A stretch of 21,169 nucleotides of DNA from Rhodospirillales bacterium (GTDB lineage Bacteria; Pseudomonadota; Alphaproteobacteria; Rhodospirillales; Casp-alpha2). The stretch spans positions 1 to 21,169 of the forward strand of contig JABMNT010000002.1 of assembly GCA_013203595.1 (NCBI GenBank), written 5' to 3'. Below the pieces are notes generated by a model that made no database searches, had not been told where the DNA came from, and saw only the letters and a program-made list of their open reading frames with translations. Every line of letters begins with the position of its first letter. Position 1 is the first letter of the stretch. This document shows positions 7,919-16,654 of the stretch, piece by piece. The translations under genes were made by a program, and so were the position numbers.

Positions 7919-10704
7919 TAATGTTTCTACGCCTTACCTGTATTGCGCTTGTGACGACTGCAGTCACTGCGGCGCCTTTTGACCTGGTCCAGGTTATTGG
8001 ACACGCCCATGCCGCCGAGCCGTCTGTCAACTCCAACCGTCCGTTGGGTATTCTTATCACGCCGATCCCGGACCCGACCCAAAAGGACGGCGTTGCGGAC
8101 GTATATGCGCCGTCGGCTGCAGCAGCACCGCGTCCTGCGCAGGCTGCCATTTTTAACACCATACCTGAAGTTGCTCCGCCCCTGGGTCTGTTGCTTGCAC
8201 CGCTTCCCGACAATAATCCGGCTGAAGCGCCGCTTCCGCTGACCGGCATTACCGACGTTCAGATCCGCCCGGTCCAAATTCCCCTTACAACCCCTGAAGC
8301 GACCAACGCCAACGCATCCCAGGACCGTCCCCTCGGCGTGTTAATGGACCAAACGAAATTTGTCCCCGACCCCCAGTATATTTCCGGAAATGCGGGCACT
8401 GGCCCGGCCGGTGGATTTCGTACGCCAACCTATGATCCTCCGGCCGACCTGTGGAATGCGCAGGGGAAAACCGGAACCCGCCCCCTGGGTACGCTGCTGC
8501 TTCCGGGTAGCTACACACCGGCTCCAGCCGCAAAACAGCAAACCTCACCGACAATAGAGAACAGGCCCCTCCAGCGACCGGTTAGCCTGCCGGATCAGAA
8601 GGTGGACACTGCAACATCGCAGGAGCCGGCGGTTAACTTTAGTGCCGAGGAAATGGGTTTTGATCAGGAAAGCGGAATTGTAACCGCTGAGGGCAACGTT
8701 GAAATTCACTATCAGAAACGCAGCTTAAGGGCTGACAAAGTTACCTATAACCGCGACACGAACGAGGTCATTGCCGAAGGAAATGTCGTTATTGTAGAGC
8801 CAACCAGCGAGACTATTTTTGGCGACAAAATTCAGATTTCCGGTGACTTGAAAGACGGCTATATCCTTAATATCGGTATCATCCTGCAGGACAGGGCACG
8901 TATTGCCGGGTCCTCCGGTACGCGCACTGGTGGCATAAAAACAGACCTCAACCACGCGGTCTACTCACCGTGTAATCTTTGTAAGGATGATCCCAATCGT
9001 CCGCCGGTATGGCAAATCAAGGCGGTAAAAGTCAGCCATGACAAAAAAGCAAAAGTCATCGAATATCGCGATGCCTGGATCGAATTTTTTGGCTTTCCCG
9101 TTTTCTATACACCCTATTTCAGGCATCCGGACCCAACCGTCAAACGCAGATCGGGGCTTCTGTTCCCGACGTTCGGAAACTCATCTGATCTCGGAACGAT
9201 TATTGAGCAACCTTATTTTTGGAATATTTCACCGAACGAAGATGCAACAATTACACCGATCCTCCTGACCGCTGAAAACCCCGTCCTGGCAGGCGAGTAT
9301 CGCAACCGTCTCAAGGACGGCGCTGTTGACGTGACGGGAAGTGTCACAGCAAGCTCAAATGACGCCGATGACTTTAGTACTGAAAACGGACGGTTTGGGA
9401 CGCGCGGGCATATCCTCAGCGAGGGTCGCTTCGACATTAACCGAAGCTGGCGCTGGGGGTTTGACGGCAACTGGACAACGGACGACACCTATATGCGCCG
9501 CTACGGGTTCACGTCCCCACCATCTTTGGAAAGCCAGTTATTTACCGAGTCATTTAAACGGCGCAGCTATTTTGCGGCAAGAGCTCACAGCTTTCAAAGT
9601 TTGCAGGCGGAGGATGATGCAGATCAAATTCCGGTCGTTTTGCCGCTCGTTGATTTTAACTATGTGGGCGATAAAGACCGGTTCGGTGGCAGCACAAACC
9701 TGGATTTCAACTTTCTGGCATTGACGCGGCAGGATGGCCTGGACACACGCCGCCTGTCCGCCCGATCCCATTGGCAACGCCCTTTTGTCGGCCTTCTCGG
9801 TGATGTCTATAATATTTCATTTGGCCTCAACAGTGATATTTATCACGTCAACAATCTGGCCCGTGGCGGATCAGAGGAAGACTACGACGGGTTTAGCTAT
9901 CGGGTTACGCCGGAAGCCGCATTTAACTGGCGTTTGCCCTTTGCAAAGACAGAAGGGAATATCAGCCAGATCATTGAACCCATAGCCTCCTTTATGTGGA
10001 GTCCCTATGGTGGCAATTCAAACAAGATTCCCAACGAAGACAGCACCGAACTTGAGTTTGATGACACAAATCTGTTCAGTTCAAACCGGTTTTCCGGCCT
10101 CGACCGTGTCGAAGGAGGCCCGCGTATCATTTATGGTTTAAAATGGGGCGCGTATGGCGTCGACGGCGGCAAGACCAATGTCTTTGTCGGCCAGTCCTGG
10201 CGCCCCAAAACGGATGACACCTATGCGGCCGGCTCTGGACTCGAGGACAATTTTTCCGATCTGGTGGCCCGCCTCAACATAACACCGGGCCCACATTTAG
10301 ATGCCTCCTTTCGGACCCGGTTTTCAGCCGAAAACCTGGCGCCAACCAAACAGGAATTGAACCTGAACGCAGGTGTACCTGCGCTTCGGGTTTCAGCCAG
10401 CTATCTGTTTTTGGAACGTCAGGTAGGCAGTGAATTTGCCGGTCGCGAAGAATTGTCAATGAATACCTCATCACAAATCGACAGATTCTGGCGTACTGGA
10501 ATTAATGGCACACACGATCTACAATCCAAAGAAATGCGTACAGTTGGAATGCATCTGACCTATGAGGACGAATGTGTCACCTTTGTCTCGCGTCTGAACC
10601 GGACTTTCTTTGAAGACCGGGATCTGGAGCCGACAGATTCAATTACCTTTAATCTGGTGCTAAAAACAATTGGTGAAGTGAAGACAGGCGGGAGTTTATT
10701 CTAG
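7915..10704 (+). CDS. lptD: LPS-assembly outer-membrane protein LptD (OstA/Imp), 929 aa, with an unusual roughly 190-residue Pro/Ala-rich repeat-bearing insert between the signal peptide and the OstA_N domain
   Basis: A signal peptide MIMFLRLTCIALVTTAVTAAP is followed by an OstA_N-like block AEEMGFDQESGIVTAEGNVEIHYQKRSLRADKVTYNRDTNEVIAEGNVVI. A long C-terminal Gly/Asp/Asn/Tyr-rich beta-barrel region follows. Its position between lptG and surA fits. An alternative start ATG 7921 has better spacing to GGAGG at 7906-7910. Confidence 0.85.
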   Translation: MIMFLRLTCIALVTTAVTAAPFDLVQVIGHAHAAEPSVNSNRPLGILITPIPDPTQKDGVADVYAPSAAAAPRPAQAAIFNTIPEVAPPLGLLLAPLPDNNPAEAPLPLTGITDVQIRPVQIPLTTPEATNANASQDRPLGVLMDQTKFVPDPQYISGNAGTGPAGGFRTPTYDPPADLWNAQGKTGTRPLGTLLLPGSYTPAPAAKQQTSPTIENRPLQRPVSLPDQKVDTATSQEPAVNFSAEEMGFDQESGIVTAEGNVEIHYQKRSLRADKVTYNRDTNEVIAEGNVVIVEPTSETIFGDKIQISGDLKDGYILNIGIILQDRARIAGSSGTRTGGIKTDLNHAVYSPCNLCKDDPNRPPVWQIKAVKVSHDKKAKVIEYRDAWIEFFGFPVFYTPYFRHPDPTVKRRSGLLFPTFGNSSDLGTIIEQPYFWNISPNEDATITPILLTAENPVLAGEYRNRLKDGAVDVTGSVTASSNDADDFSTENGRFGTRGHILSEGRFDINRSWRWGFDGNWTTDDTYMRRYGFTSPPSLESQLFTESFKRRSYFAARAHSFQSLQAEDDADQIPVVLPLVDFNYVGDKDRFGGSTNLDFNFLALTRQDGLDTRRLSARSHWQRPFVGLLGDVYNISFGLNSDIYHVNNLARGGSEEDYDGFSYRVTPEAAFNWRLPFAKTEGNISQIIEPIASFMWSPYGGNSNKIPNEDSTELEFDDTNLFSSNRFSGLDRVEGGPRIIYGLKWGAYGVDGGKTNVFVGQSWRPKTDDTYAAGSGLEDNFSDLVARLNITPGPHLDASFRTRFSAENLAPTKQELNLNAGVPALRVSASYLFLERQVGSEFAGREELSMNTSSQIDRFWRTGINGTHDLQSKEMRTVGMHLTYEDECVTFVSRLNRTFFEDRDLEPTDSITFNLVLKTIGEVKTGGSLF

Positions 10705-12027
10705 TTGAGAAAATATAGCCACGATGACCCGGCGCAACGACTCTTCTTAAAACCACTTTGTGCCCCATTTTTATTACTGGTGATGGCCGTTATAAGCATG
10801 CCATCCAATGCCCAGCAGAACCTGCGCATTGCCGCAACCGTCAATGACGAGATGATTTCTGTCCTGGATTTGCAGAACCGGCTTACCCTGGTTGCCGCTT
10901 TCTCCGGGTTCGACAATTCACCGGAAACCCAGCAACGACTTACCCCGCAAGTCATTCAGTCGTTGATTGACGAACGTATCCGTATGCAGGAAGCCAAGCA
11001 GCTGGATATCACCGCCGCCGCAAACGAGATTGAAGCGGAGAAAGCCGACGTCGAACAACAAATTCGGATTAAACCCGGACAGCTTATTGCGTCGCTGGAA
11101 GCCAACGGGATCAATCCGACCACTCTGCTTGATCAGCTGGAAGCAAAAATTGTATGGACAAAAATAATCCGGGGTAAATTCAGCAGTACAGTGCAAGTCA
11201 GCGACGAAGAAATTGATGAAGTCATTGAGGAAATCAAAAACAGCAAAGGCCAGCCTGAATATCTGGTTTCAGAAATTTATCTGCCGGCCGAAACGCCGCA
11301 AGAGGTCAAGGATGCCACCGAATTGGCGTCCCGCCTTATTCAGCAGGTTCAGGGTGGGGCCAGTTTTTCCGCCGTCGCACGCAACTTCTCACAAAGCACC
11401 TCGGCGCAAAATGGCGGTAACCTGGGGTGGAATCAGGAAAACCAGCTGAGTGCCGATGTCCGTTCATACATAATAAGTCTGGAGCCCGATCAATTATCAA
11501 TCCCGGCGCAGACCGCAGACGGTGTCTATATTTTTCAATTACGTGACAAACGCATTTCAAGAGGTCTTGAAGGCCCGCCCCAGGAACCAACAAAAGTAAC
11601 ACTTCATCAGTTGCACCTTGCTGCCAATCCGCAAAGTACGGCTACCGACATCGAGACAATACAAACGCAGGCGCGAAAACTCTCCGCAACGGCTACGGAC
11701 TGCAAGGCGTTTGATGAGGTGACCAAACAATTTGGGTCCCCCCTGTCTGGAGAACTGGGGACTTTTGATATCGATCAAATTTCGCAAAAAATGAAAGACC
11801 TGGTCATTAACCTTCCCGTTGGACAACCAAGCCCGCCACAGTTCACCGGCGATGGCGTTATCGTTTTGATGGTTTGTGACCGCCAGGTCCCCGTGGCCGA
11901 ACCGGTTGATATTGAAACCGTCCGCAATAACATCCGCAACCAGTTGACATCAGAGAGACTGCTGCTGGCGTCGCGACGTCATCTGCGCGATTTGCGGCGG
12001 GCTGCTTTTGTCGACATCCGCCTGTAA
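10705..12027 (+). CDS. surA: Periplasmic chaperone / peptidyl-prolyl isomerase SurA
   Basis: A signal peptide ...LCAPFLLLVMAVISMPSNA is followed by a SurA N-terminal chaperone domain and a parvulin signature SFSAVARNFSQSTSAQNGGNLGW...GVYIFQL. A second, degenerate parvulin-like region follows. The only in-frame start that retains the signal peptide is TTG 10705, which directly follows the lptD TAG. GGGAG lies 10 nt upstream. Confidence 0.8.
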   Translation: MRKYSHDDPAQRLFLKPLCAPFLLLVMAVISMPSNAQQNLRIAATVNDEMISVLDLQNRLTLVAAFSGFDNSPETQQRLTPQVIQSLIDERIRMQEAKQLDITAAANEIEAEKADVEQQIRIKPGQLIASLEANGINPTTLLDQLEAKIVWTKIIRGKFSSTVQVSDEEIDEVIEEIKNSKGQPEYLVSEIYLPAETPQEVKDATELASRLIQQVQGGASFSAVARNFSQSTSAQNGGNLGWNQENQLSADVRSYIISLEPDQLSIPAQTADGVYIFQLRDKRISRGLEGPPQEPTKVTLHQLHLAANPQSTATDIETIQTQARKLSATATDCKAFDEVTKQFGSPLSGELGTFDIDQISQKMKDLVINLPVGQPSPPQFTGDGVIVLMVCDRQVPVAEPVDIETVRNNIRNQLTSERLLLASRRHLRDLRRAAFVDIRL

Positions 12028-12038
12028 GCCGCTTTAAA

Positions 12039-13067
12039 ATGGCTTCCCCCGCGCGACCTCCCTTAGCCATAACCATGGGTGAGCCAGCAGGTATCGGCGG
12101 AGAAATTCTGCTCAAGGCCTGGGCCAGTGAGGGCGCATCCTTACCCCTTCTTTTTGTCATAGACGATAAACACCGCCTGCAGAAAATCGCCGATAATCTG
12201 GGTCTGAACATTGAACTGACTGATTACAGTGCCGACAGTGCAGCCTGGGCCGACCGGCCCGAAGCGCTGCGCGTTGTCCATTCCCCGCTGGCCTGCCACC
12301 AGCCCCCCGGAATCCTGGTTCCGGAAAATGCAAAAGCCGTCGTCGCTTCCATATCAAGGGCCGTTGAAATGACCCAGACTGGCAAGGCCGCCGGTGTGGT
12401 CACCAATCCCATTCAGAAAAGTGCCCTGTATCAGGCGGGCTTCCCCTATCCGGGTCATACAGAATTTCTGGCATCTCTGTCAGATCCAGCGCCGGTACCG
12501 GTAATGATGCTGGCCTGCGATCAATTGCGTGTCGTGCCGGTAACCATCCATCTCAGCCTGCGCGATGCCCTGACCGCTCTGAGCACCGACAGGATCATTG
12601 AACAGACACAGATCACGGCGCGGGCCCTGAAACGCGACTTTGGCATCGACAATCCACATCTGGCCATTGCCGGGCTTAACCCCCATGCCGGAGAAGAGGG
12701 AAGTATGGGCACAGAAGAACAAACCATCATTGCCCCCGCCATCCAGGCCCTGCAGCAGAGCGGCCTGAACGTTTCCGGCCCACACCCACCCGACACGCTG
12801 TTTTCAGCGCGGGCCCGACAAACCTATGATGTGGCGATCTGCATGTATCACGACCAGGCCCTGATCCCGATCAAGACTCTGGATTTCGATGGTGGCGTCA
12901 ATATCACACTCGGCCTCGACTTCATCCGCACCTCACCCGATCACGGGACCGCCCTGGATATTGCCGGTTCCGGCCAGGCCAGCGAACGCAGTCTGGTTGC
13001 CGCCATTCGGATGGCAGCCCGTATGGCCGCCCATCGGCACAACAGCAAGGAACCAGGCAATGACTGA
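12039..13067 (+). CDS. pdxA: 4-hydroxythreonine-4-phosphate dehydrogenase PdxA
   Basis: PdxA motifs are present: PLAITMGEPAGIGGEI, GHTEFL, AIAGLNPHAGE and ICMYHDQALIPIKTLDFDGGVNITLGL. The gene sits in the canonical surA-pdxA-ksgA position. Confidence 0.9.
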   Translation: MASPARPPLAITMGEPAGIGGEILLKAWASEGASLPLLFVIDDKHRLQKIADNLGLNIELTDYSADSAAWADRPEALRVVHSPLACHQPPGILVPENAKAVVASISRAVEMTQTGKAAGVVTNPIQKSALYQAGFPYPGHTEFLASLSDPAPVPVMMLACDQLRVVPVTIHLSLRDALTALSTDRIIEQTQITARALKRDFGIDNPHLAIAGLNPHAGEEGSMGTEEQTIIAPAIQALQQSGLNVSGPHPPDTLFSARARQTYDVAICMYHDQALIPIKTLDFDGGVNITLGLDFIRTSPDHGTALDIAGSGQASERSLVAAIRMAARMAAHRHNSKEPGND

Positions 13068-13896
13068 ACCGACCGCTCCCGGCCGACCGGAAGACTTGCC
13101 GCCACTGCGTGATGTAATCGCCCGGCTGAGCCTGCGGGCAAAAAAATCTTTTGGCCAGAACTTCCTGCTTGATCTCAACCTGACCCAACGTATTGCCGGG
13201 GCGGCAGGCAGTCTCAAGGGAGTTAACGTTATCGAAATCGGGCCTGGGCCCGGCGGCCTGACCCGCGCCCTGATGATGCAGGGTGCCGAACGGATTTACG
13301 CGGTCGAGCGCGATTTCAGATGTATCGATGCGATCAACGAAATCTCGCGGGCCTACGAAAACCGGGTGCAGATCATCGAAGCCGATGCGCTGGATATCAA
13401 TCTCGCTGACATTTGCCCGGCTCCCCGGATCATCGTCGCCAACCTTCCCTATAACGTGGCGACACCTTTGCTGATCAAGTGGTTGAAAAACATCGCCGAG
13501 ATCGACGGTATGACCTTGATGTTTCAAAAGGAAGTGGCCGACCGGCTGACCGCGCTGCCCCGGACCAAGGCCTATGGCAGGCTGTCGGTGATGAGCCAAT
13601 GGCTGTGTCATGTACGCCAGGAGTTTAATGTCGCCAAAGAGGCCTTCACACCGCCACCGAAGGTCACATCGACAGTTGTCACCCTGATGCCCCGCAAACA
13701 GCCCCTGGCGCCGGCGACATGGAGCGCGCTCGAGAAAGTGACTGCCGCCGCCTTCAACCAGCGCCGCAAAATGCTGCGCGCCAGTCTGAAAAGTTTCAAT
13801 TTCGACTTCGACGCCCTGGCCATCAAGGAGACGGCACGGGCCGAGGAATTGAGCATTGAGGATTTTTGCCGGTTGGCCCGCGAACTTCCCGGGTAA
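13060..13896 (+). CDS. rsmA: 16S rRNA (adenine1518/1519-N6)-dimethyltransferase RsmA/KsgA
   Basis: Motifs FGQNFLLD, IEIGPGPGGLTRAL and ANLPYNVATPLL are characteristic. ATG 13060 (MTEPTAP) overlaps the pdxA 3' end by 8 nt. The track ORF is extended upstream to 12889 in the same frame, but that stretch lies inside pdxA. Confidence 0.9.
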   Translation: MTEPTAPGRPEDLPPLRDVIARLSLRAKKSFGQNFLLDLNLTQRIAGAAGSLKGVNVIEIGPGPGGLTRALMMQGAERIYAVERDFRCIDAINEISRAYENRVQIIEADALDINLADICPAPRIIVANLPYNVATPLLIKWLKNIAEIDGMTLMFQKEVADRLTALPRTKAYGRLSVMSQWLCHVRQEFNVAKEAFTPPPKVTSTVVTLMPRKQPLAPATWSALEKVTAAAFNQRRKMLRASLKSFNFDFDALAIKETARAEELSIEDFCRLARELPG

Positions 13897-14057
13897 TAGT
13901 TTTTATCAAGCCAATTCCCACTGCCGGGAGAACGGTGGTACGGGTGCCCCATAGCGAAACACTAAAATTGTATTGTTGCCGGGCACGCTCGGTTTTAGGA
14001 TAAATTACCCGTGGCAATATACGATTTGTTCCAACCAGATGGGCTTATGCAAAAAAC

Positions 14058-14777
14058 ATGTTAATTTTTGTCTACCTATTATTCGCGTTGGTCACTGTTT
14101 TTGCACTCTATTACCTGTTTCGGCCAGGTGCCTTAACGCAGACCATCGTGTCGAAAATAGCCCGCTTCGCGGGCGCCGCGCTGTTGGCTGTACTCACCTT
14201 GTATTTCATGTCCACCGGCAAGGGCGCACATGCACTTTATGTTGCTGCACTGGTTCCCGCCGTGTTGCTAAACTGGCGAAATCTTTTCCATGCCATTAAG
14301 TCTGCAAAGGGCCCAACACCCGGAAAAGTTTCCGAAGTGGAATCAATGTATCTGCGGATGACGCTGGATCACGATTCCGGCTCAACCCAAGGCGTGGTCA
14401 TATTTGGTGCTTTTTCCGGCAAGCGGCTCGACGAGCTTGACCAGGAATCACTCCTGAAATTACTAACAGAATGCCGGCTAAACGACGAAGATTCAGCCCG
14501 TCTTCTCGAAGCCTGGCTCGACAGGACCCAGAATTTTGATTGGCGCAATGCGTCAGGGCATGAAAAAGGCGACACAAACGAGACCCATTCCACATCCTCA
14601 GGTGCCATGCCCCCCGAAGAGGCGCTTCGAATTCTCGGTTTACAGGCGGGTGCGACAAAGCACGAAATAAACGAAGCCTATAAACGGTTAATTTCGAAAA
14701 TCCATCCCGACCAGGGGGGCACAGACTATCTGGCTGCCAAGATAAACCTGGCCAGAGAAACTTTGCAGACCCTCTAG
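14058..14777 (+). CDS. Membrane-anchored J-domain co-chaperone (DjlA-like architecture), 239 aa
   Basis: Two N-terminal hydrophobic helices (LIFVYLLFALVTVFALYYLF and FAGAALLAVLTLYFM) are followed by a central soluble region. The C-terminal J domain EEALRILGLQAGATKHEINEAYKRLISKIHPDQGGTDYLAAKINLARETL carries the HPD motif. Confidence 0.7.
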   Translation: MLIFVYLLFALVTVFALYYLFRPGALTQTIVSKIARFAGAALLAVLTLYFMSTGKGAHALYVAALVPAVLLNWRNLFHAIKSAKGPTPGKVSEVESMYLRMTLDHDSGSTQGVVIFGAFSGKRLDELDQESLLKLLTECRLNDEDSARLLEAWLDRTQNFDWRNASGHEKGDTNETHSTSSGAMPPEEALRILGLQAGATKHEINEAYKRLISKIHPDQGGTDYLAAKINLARETLQTL

Positions 14778-14809
14778 AGCGCTTCCAATCGATATGGAAG
14801 CGCTCTAGA
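14773..14809. terminator. Perfect 15-bp-stem, 7-nt-loop hairpin filling the whole 35-nt gap between the convergent J-domain and SPFH genes; probably a bidirectional transcription terminator
   Basis: The sequence is TCTAGAGCGCTTCCA-atcgata-TGGAAGCGCTCTAGA. The + gene's TAG (14775-14777) lies inside the left arm. The - gene's stop (14813-15) is 3 nt past the right arm. A T-rich run (ttattgatttt) follows on the + strand. Confidence 0.55.
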
Positions 14810-14812
14810 AGC

Positions 14813-16654
14813 TTATTGATTTTCTTTTGCCTTGCCGCCCATTAAATCACCTATTATGGCTGCGGCACCGGTAAGATTATTCCCCTGGTCACCGCCGCCC
14901 AGCGAAAACACCCTTTCCGGAACAAATTTATGAGCATTCGACAGGGCAGTGGTTAAGACCCCGGGATTTGCTTCAAAAAAATCGAAGGCTCTGTTAATGA
15001 CGAACTCGAACTTCCGCAGTTCAGCCACCCGGTCCTGACCGAGAATTAGCGATTGCGCCTTCTGACCTTCGGCGATTTGCTGCAGCTTATCGCGTTCGCC
15101 ACGTCCTTCATTGGCTCTGGCAAGGGCAAACTGTTCGGAACGTTTGACCTCAATCTGCGCCTCAACCAATTGTCCTTGTTGATCCGCCGTCGCACGGGCA
15201 CGTTCCGTGGTAATCCGTTCGTCTTGCGCCAGCCGTTCCTGTCGGTAGGATTTCGTTAATTGCTGGGCAAGCTGTTCGCGCTTGCGCGCAACAAGTAGTT
15301 CGGGTGGCAGATCAGGTTCAAGAAAGCGCACTTCCTTGATATCAACACCCGCCTTCGCCCCTTCTACGCGAATTATGCTTTCGACCTGGGTTTCAAGTTC
15401 CGGGCGGTGATTAAGGATATCAAGAACCTGCACCGGACGCACGACAATGGTCATTTCTGGATTGCCATCTTCACCGATGATTGTCTTGCCGCTGTTGTCT
15501 AGTTTCGGTGTGTTGAACTGTATGGTTCCGCCAACCACATTTCGCACAACGGATTGAACAGCCGGGCTCATAATACGATTTTCGATTTCCTCAAGCCCGC
15601 CGACCGAAGCGACGACAAACGGCGCGTTGCTGGGCGTTACCTGAACCAAAACGCGAAGCTGCTGAGGTACCGTCCATCCCTCAATTTTAAGGAAGATAGC
15701 CTCATCTGCCGCATCCTTTGGAACCTCTATGGTTTCTGTAAATTCCTTTTGTTTAATCCGGCCTTCCTGGTCGACAGCCAAATCAATACGGCGGCGAACG
15801 AACCCGCCCCGGTATTCCCAGGTCTGCACGCGGGTATCGACAAGCGTAACCGTATATGCACTGCGGTTAATATAGCACTTCCCCGGGCTTAAGGCCTGTG
15901 TCCAAATGCCAATACAGCCCGTCGGCACCAAAGGCACTGCCAGGGATCCACCGACCAGATTAAGGGTTGTTACCTGCTTGCAGGAGCTTGGCTTGTCGGT
16001 CTTCAGATTACCGAAATCAACCCGTGTGTGGACATTGGATTTCACAACGCCAACAAAACCTTTTGGTATTTCGGTCGTGCTGTCAAATTTCACATCCCAT
16101 AAAAACTGATTCAACCGGTATTTACCGGGCGTCAGCACCGAAGTCTGCGGCCCCTTTTGCCCGCCATTAAAAAGAAAATAAGCGGCATCGTTAACCATCT
16201 CCGCCGATTCTTCCGGAGCAAATGCATCCGCATATGTCTGGTCAGGGCGCAGAGGGCCACCGTCTTTGGCAACCAGATACGCATAGTTCCCTTCCGGTAC
16301 ACTGATAATTTCATGGAGAACAACATTGTTGATGATGTTCAATAACGGTTCAAAATGGAAGCCCGGCGGAATAAGTTGTGCCTGCGGACCCTTTTGACCA
16401 TTAACGGCGATAATTCGCCCGCTGGGAATATCCCCGCCAAGATAGATCTTGGATTTATGCCCGGCCTGATTTTCTCCAACGATCACAAACGACGTTGATC
16501 CCGCCAGAAACAAGGCGAAAAGAAAGCTCGAGAACCGAATTCCCGCCCGTAAATAGCGAAAAAGTTCTCTTTTGTGTTCCTGCTGGGTCGTAATGAAATG
16601 AGGGCCAAGCAAGCCCACGAAAGTGATCAGTAAAATCAGTGCAACAGTCATCAT
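14813..16654 (-). CDS. SPFH/band-7 (flotillin / YqiK-like) membrane protein, 613 aa, with an extended region before the SPFH core
   Basis: An N-terminal transmembrane helix MMTVALILLITFVGLLGPHFI is followed by a second hydrophobic segment. The SPFH C-terminal signature is ...GVDIKEVRFLEPDLPPELLVARKREQLAQQ. A coiled-coil Glu/Gln/Arg/Ala-rich stretch and a Gly-rich tail GGGDQGNNLTGAAAIIGDLMGG follow, as in flotillin-like YqiK. The start is ATGATG at 16652-16654 with GGGGA upstream. Confidence 0.65.
   Translation of the reverse strand: MMTVALILLITFVGLLGPHFITTQQEHKRELFRYLRAGIRFSSFLFALFLAGSTSFVIVGENQAGHKSKIYLGGDIPSGRIIAVNGQKGPQAQLIPPGFHFEPLLNIINNVVLHEIISVPEGNYAYLVAKDGGPLRPDQTYADAFAPEESAEMVNDAAYFLFNGGQKGPQTSVLTPGKYRLNQFLWDVKFDSTTEIPKGFVGVVKSNVHTRVDFGNLKTDKPSSCKQVTTLNLVGGSLAVPLVPTGCIGIWTQALSPGKCYINRSAYTVTLVDTRVQTWEYRGGFVRRRIDLAVDQEGRIKQKEFTETIEVPKDAADEAIFLKIEGWTVPQQLRVLVQVTPSNAPFVVASVGGLEEIENRIMSPAVQSVVRNVVGGTIQFNTPKLDNSGKTIIGEDGNPEMTIVVRPVQVLDILNHRPELETQVESIIRVEGAKAGVDIKEVRFLEPDLPPELLVARKREQLAQQLTKSYRQERLAQDERITTERARATADQQGQLVEAQIEVKRSEQFALARANEGRGERDKLQQIAEGQKAQSLILGQDRVAELRKFEFVINRAFDFFEANPGVLTTALSNAHKFVPERVFSLGGGDQGNNLTGAAAIIGDLMGGKAKENQ

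Noticed and set aside
12889-13059. Upstream extension of the rsmA ORF in the track (start 12889)
   Set aside because: It lies inside the pdxA coding region in another frame. The family N-terminus begins at MTEPTAP (ATG 13060).
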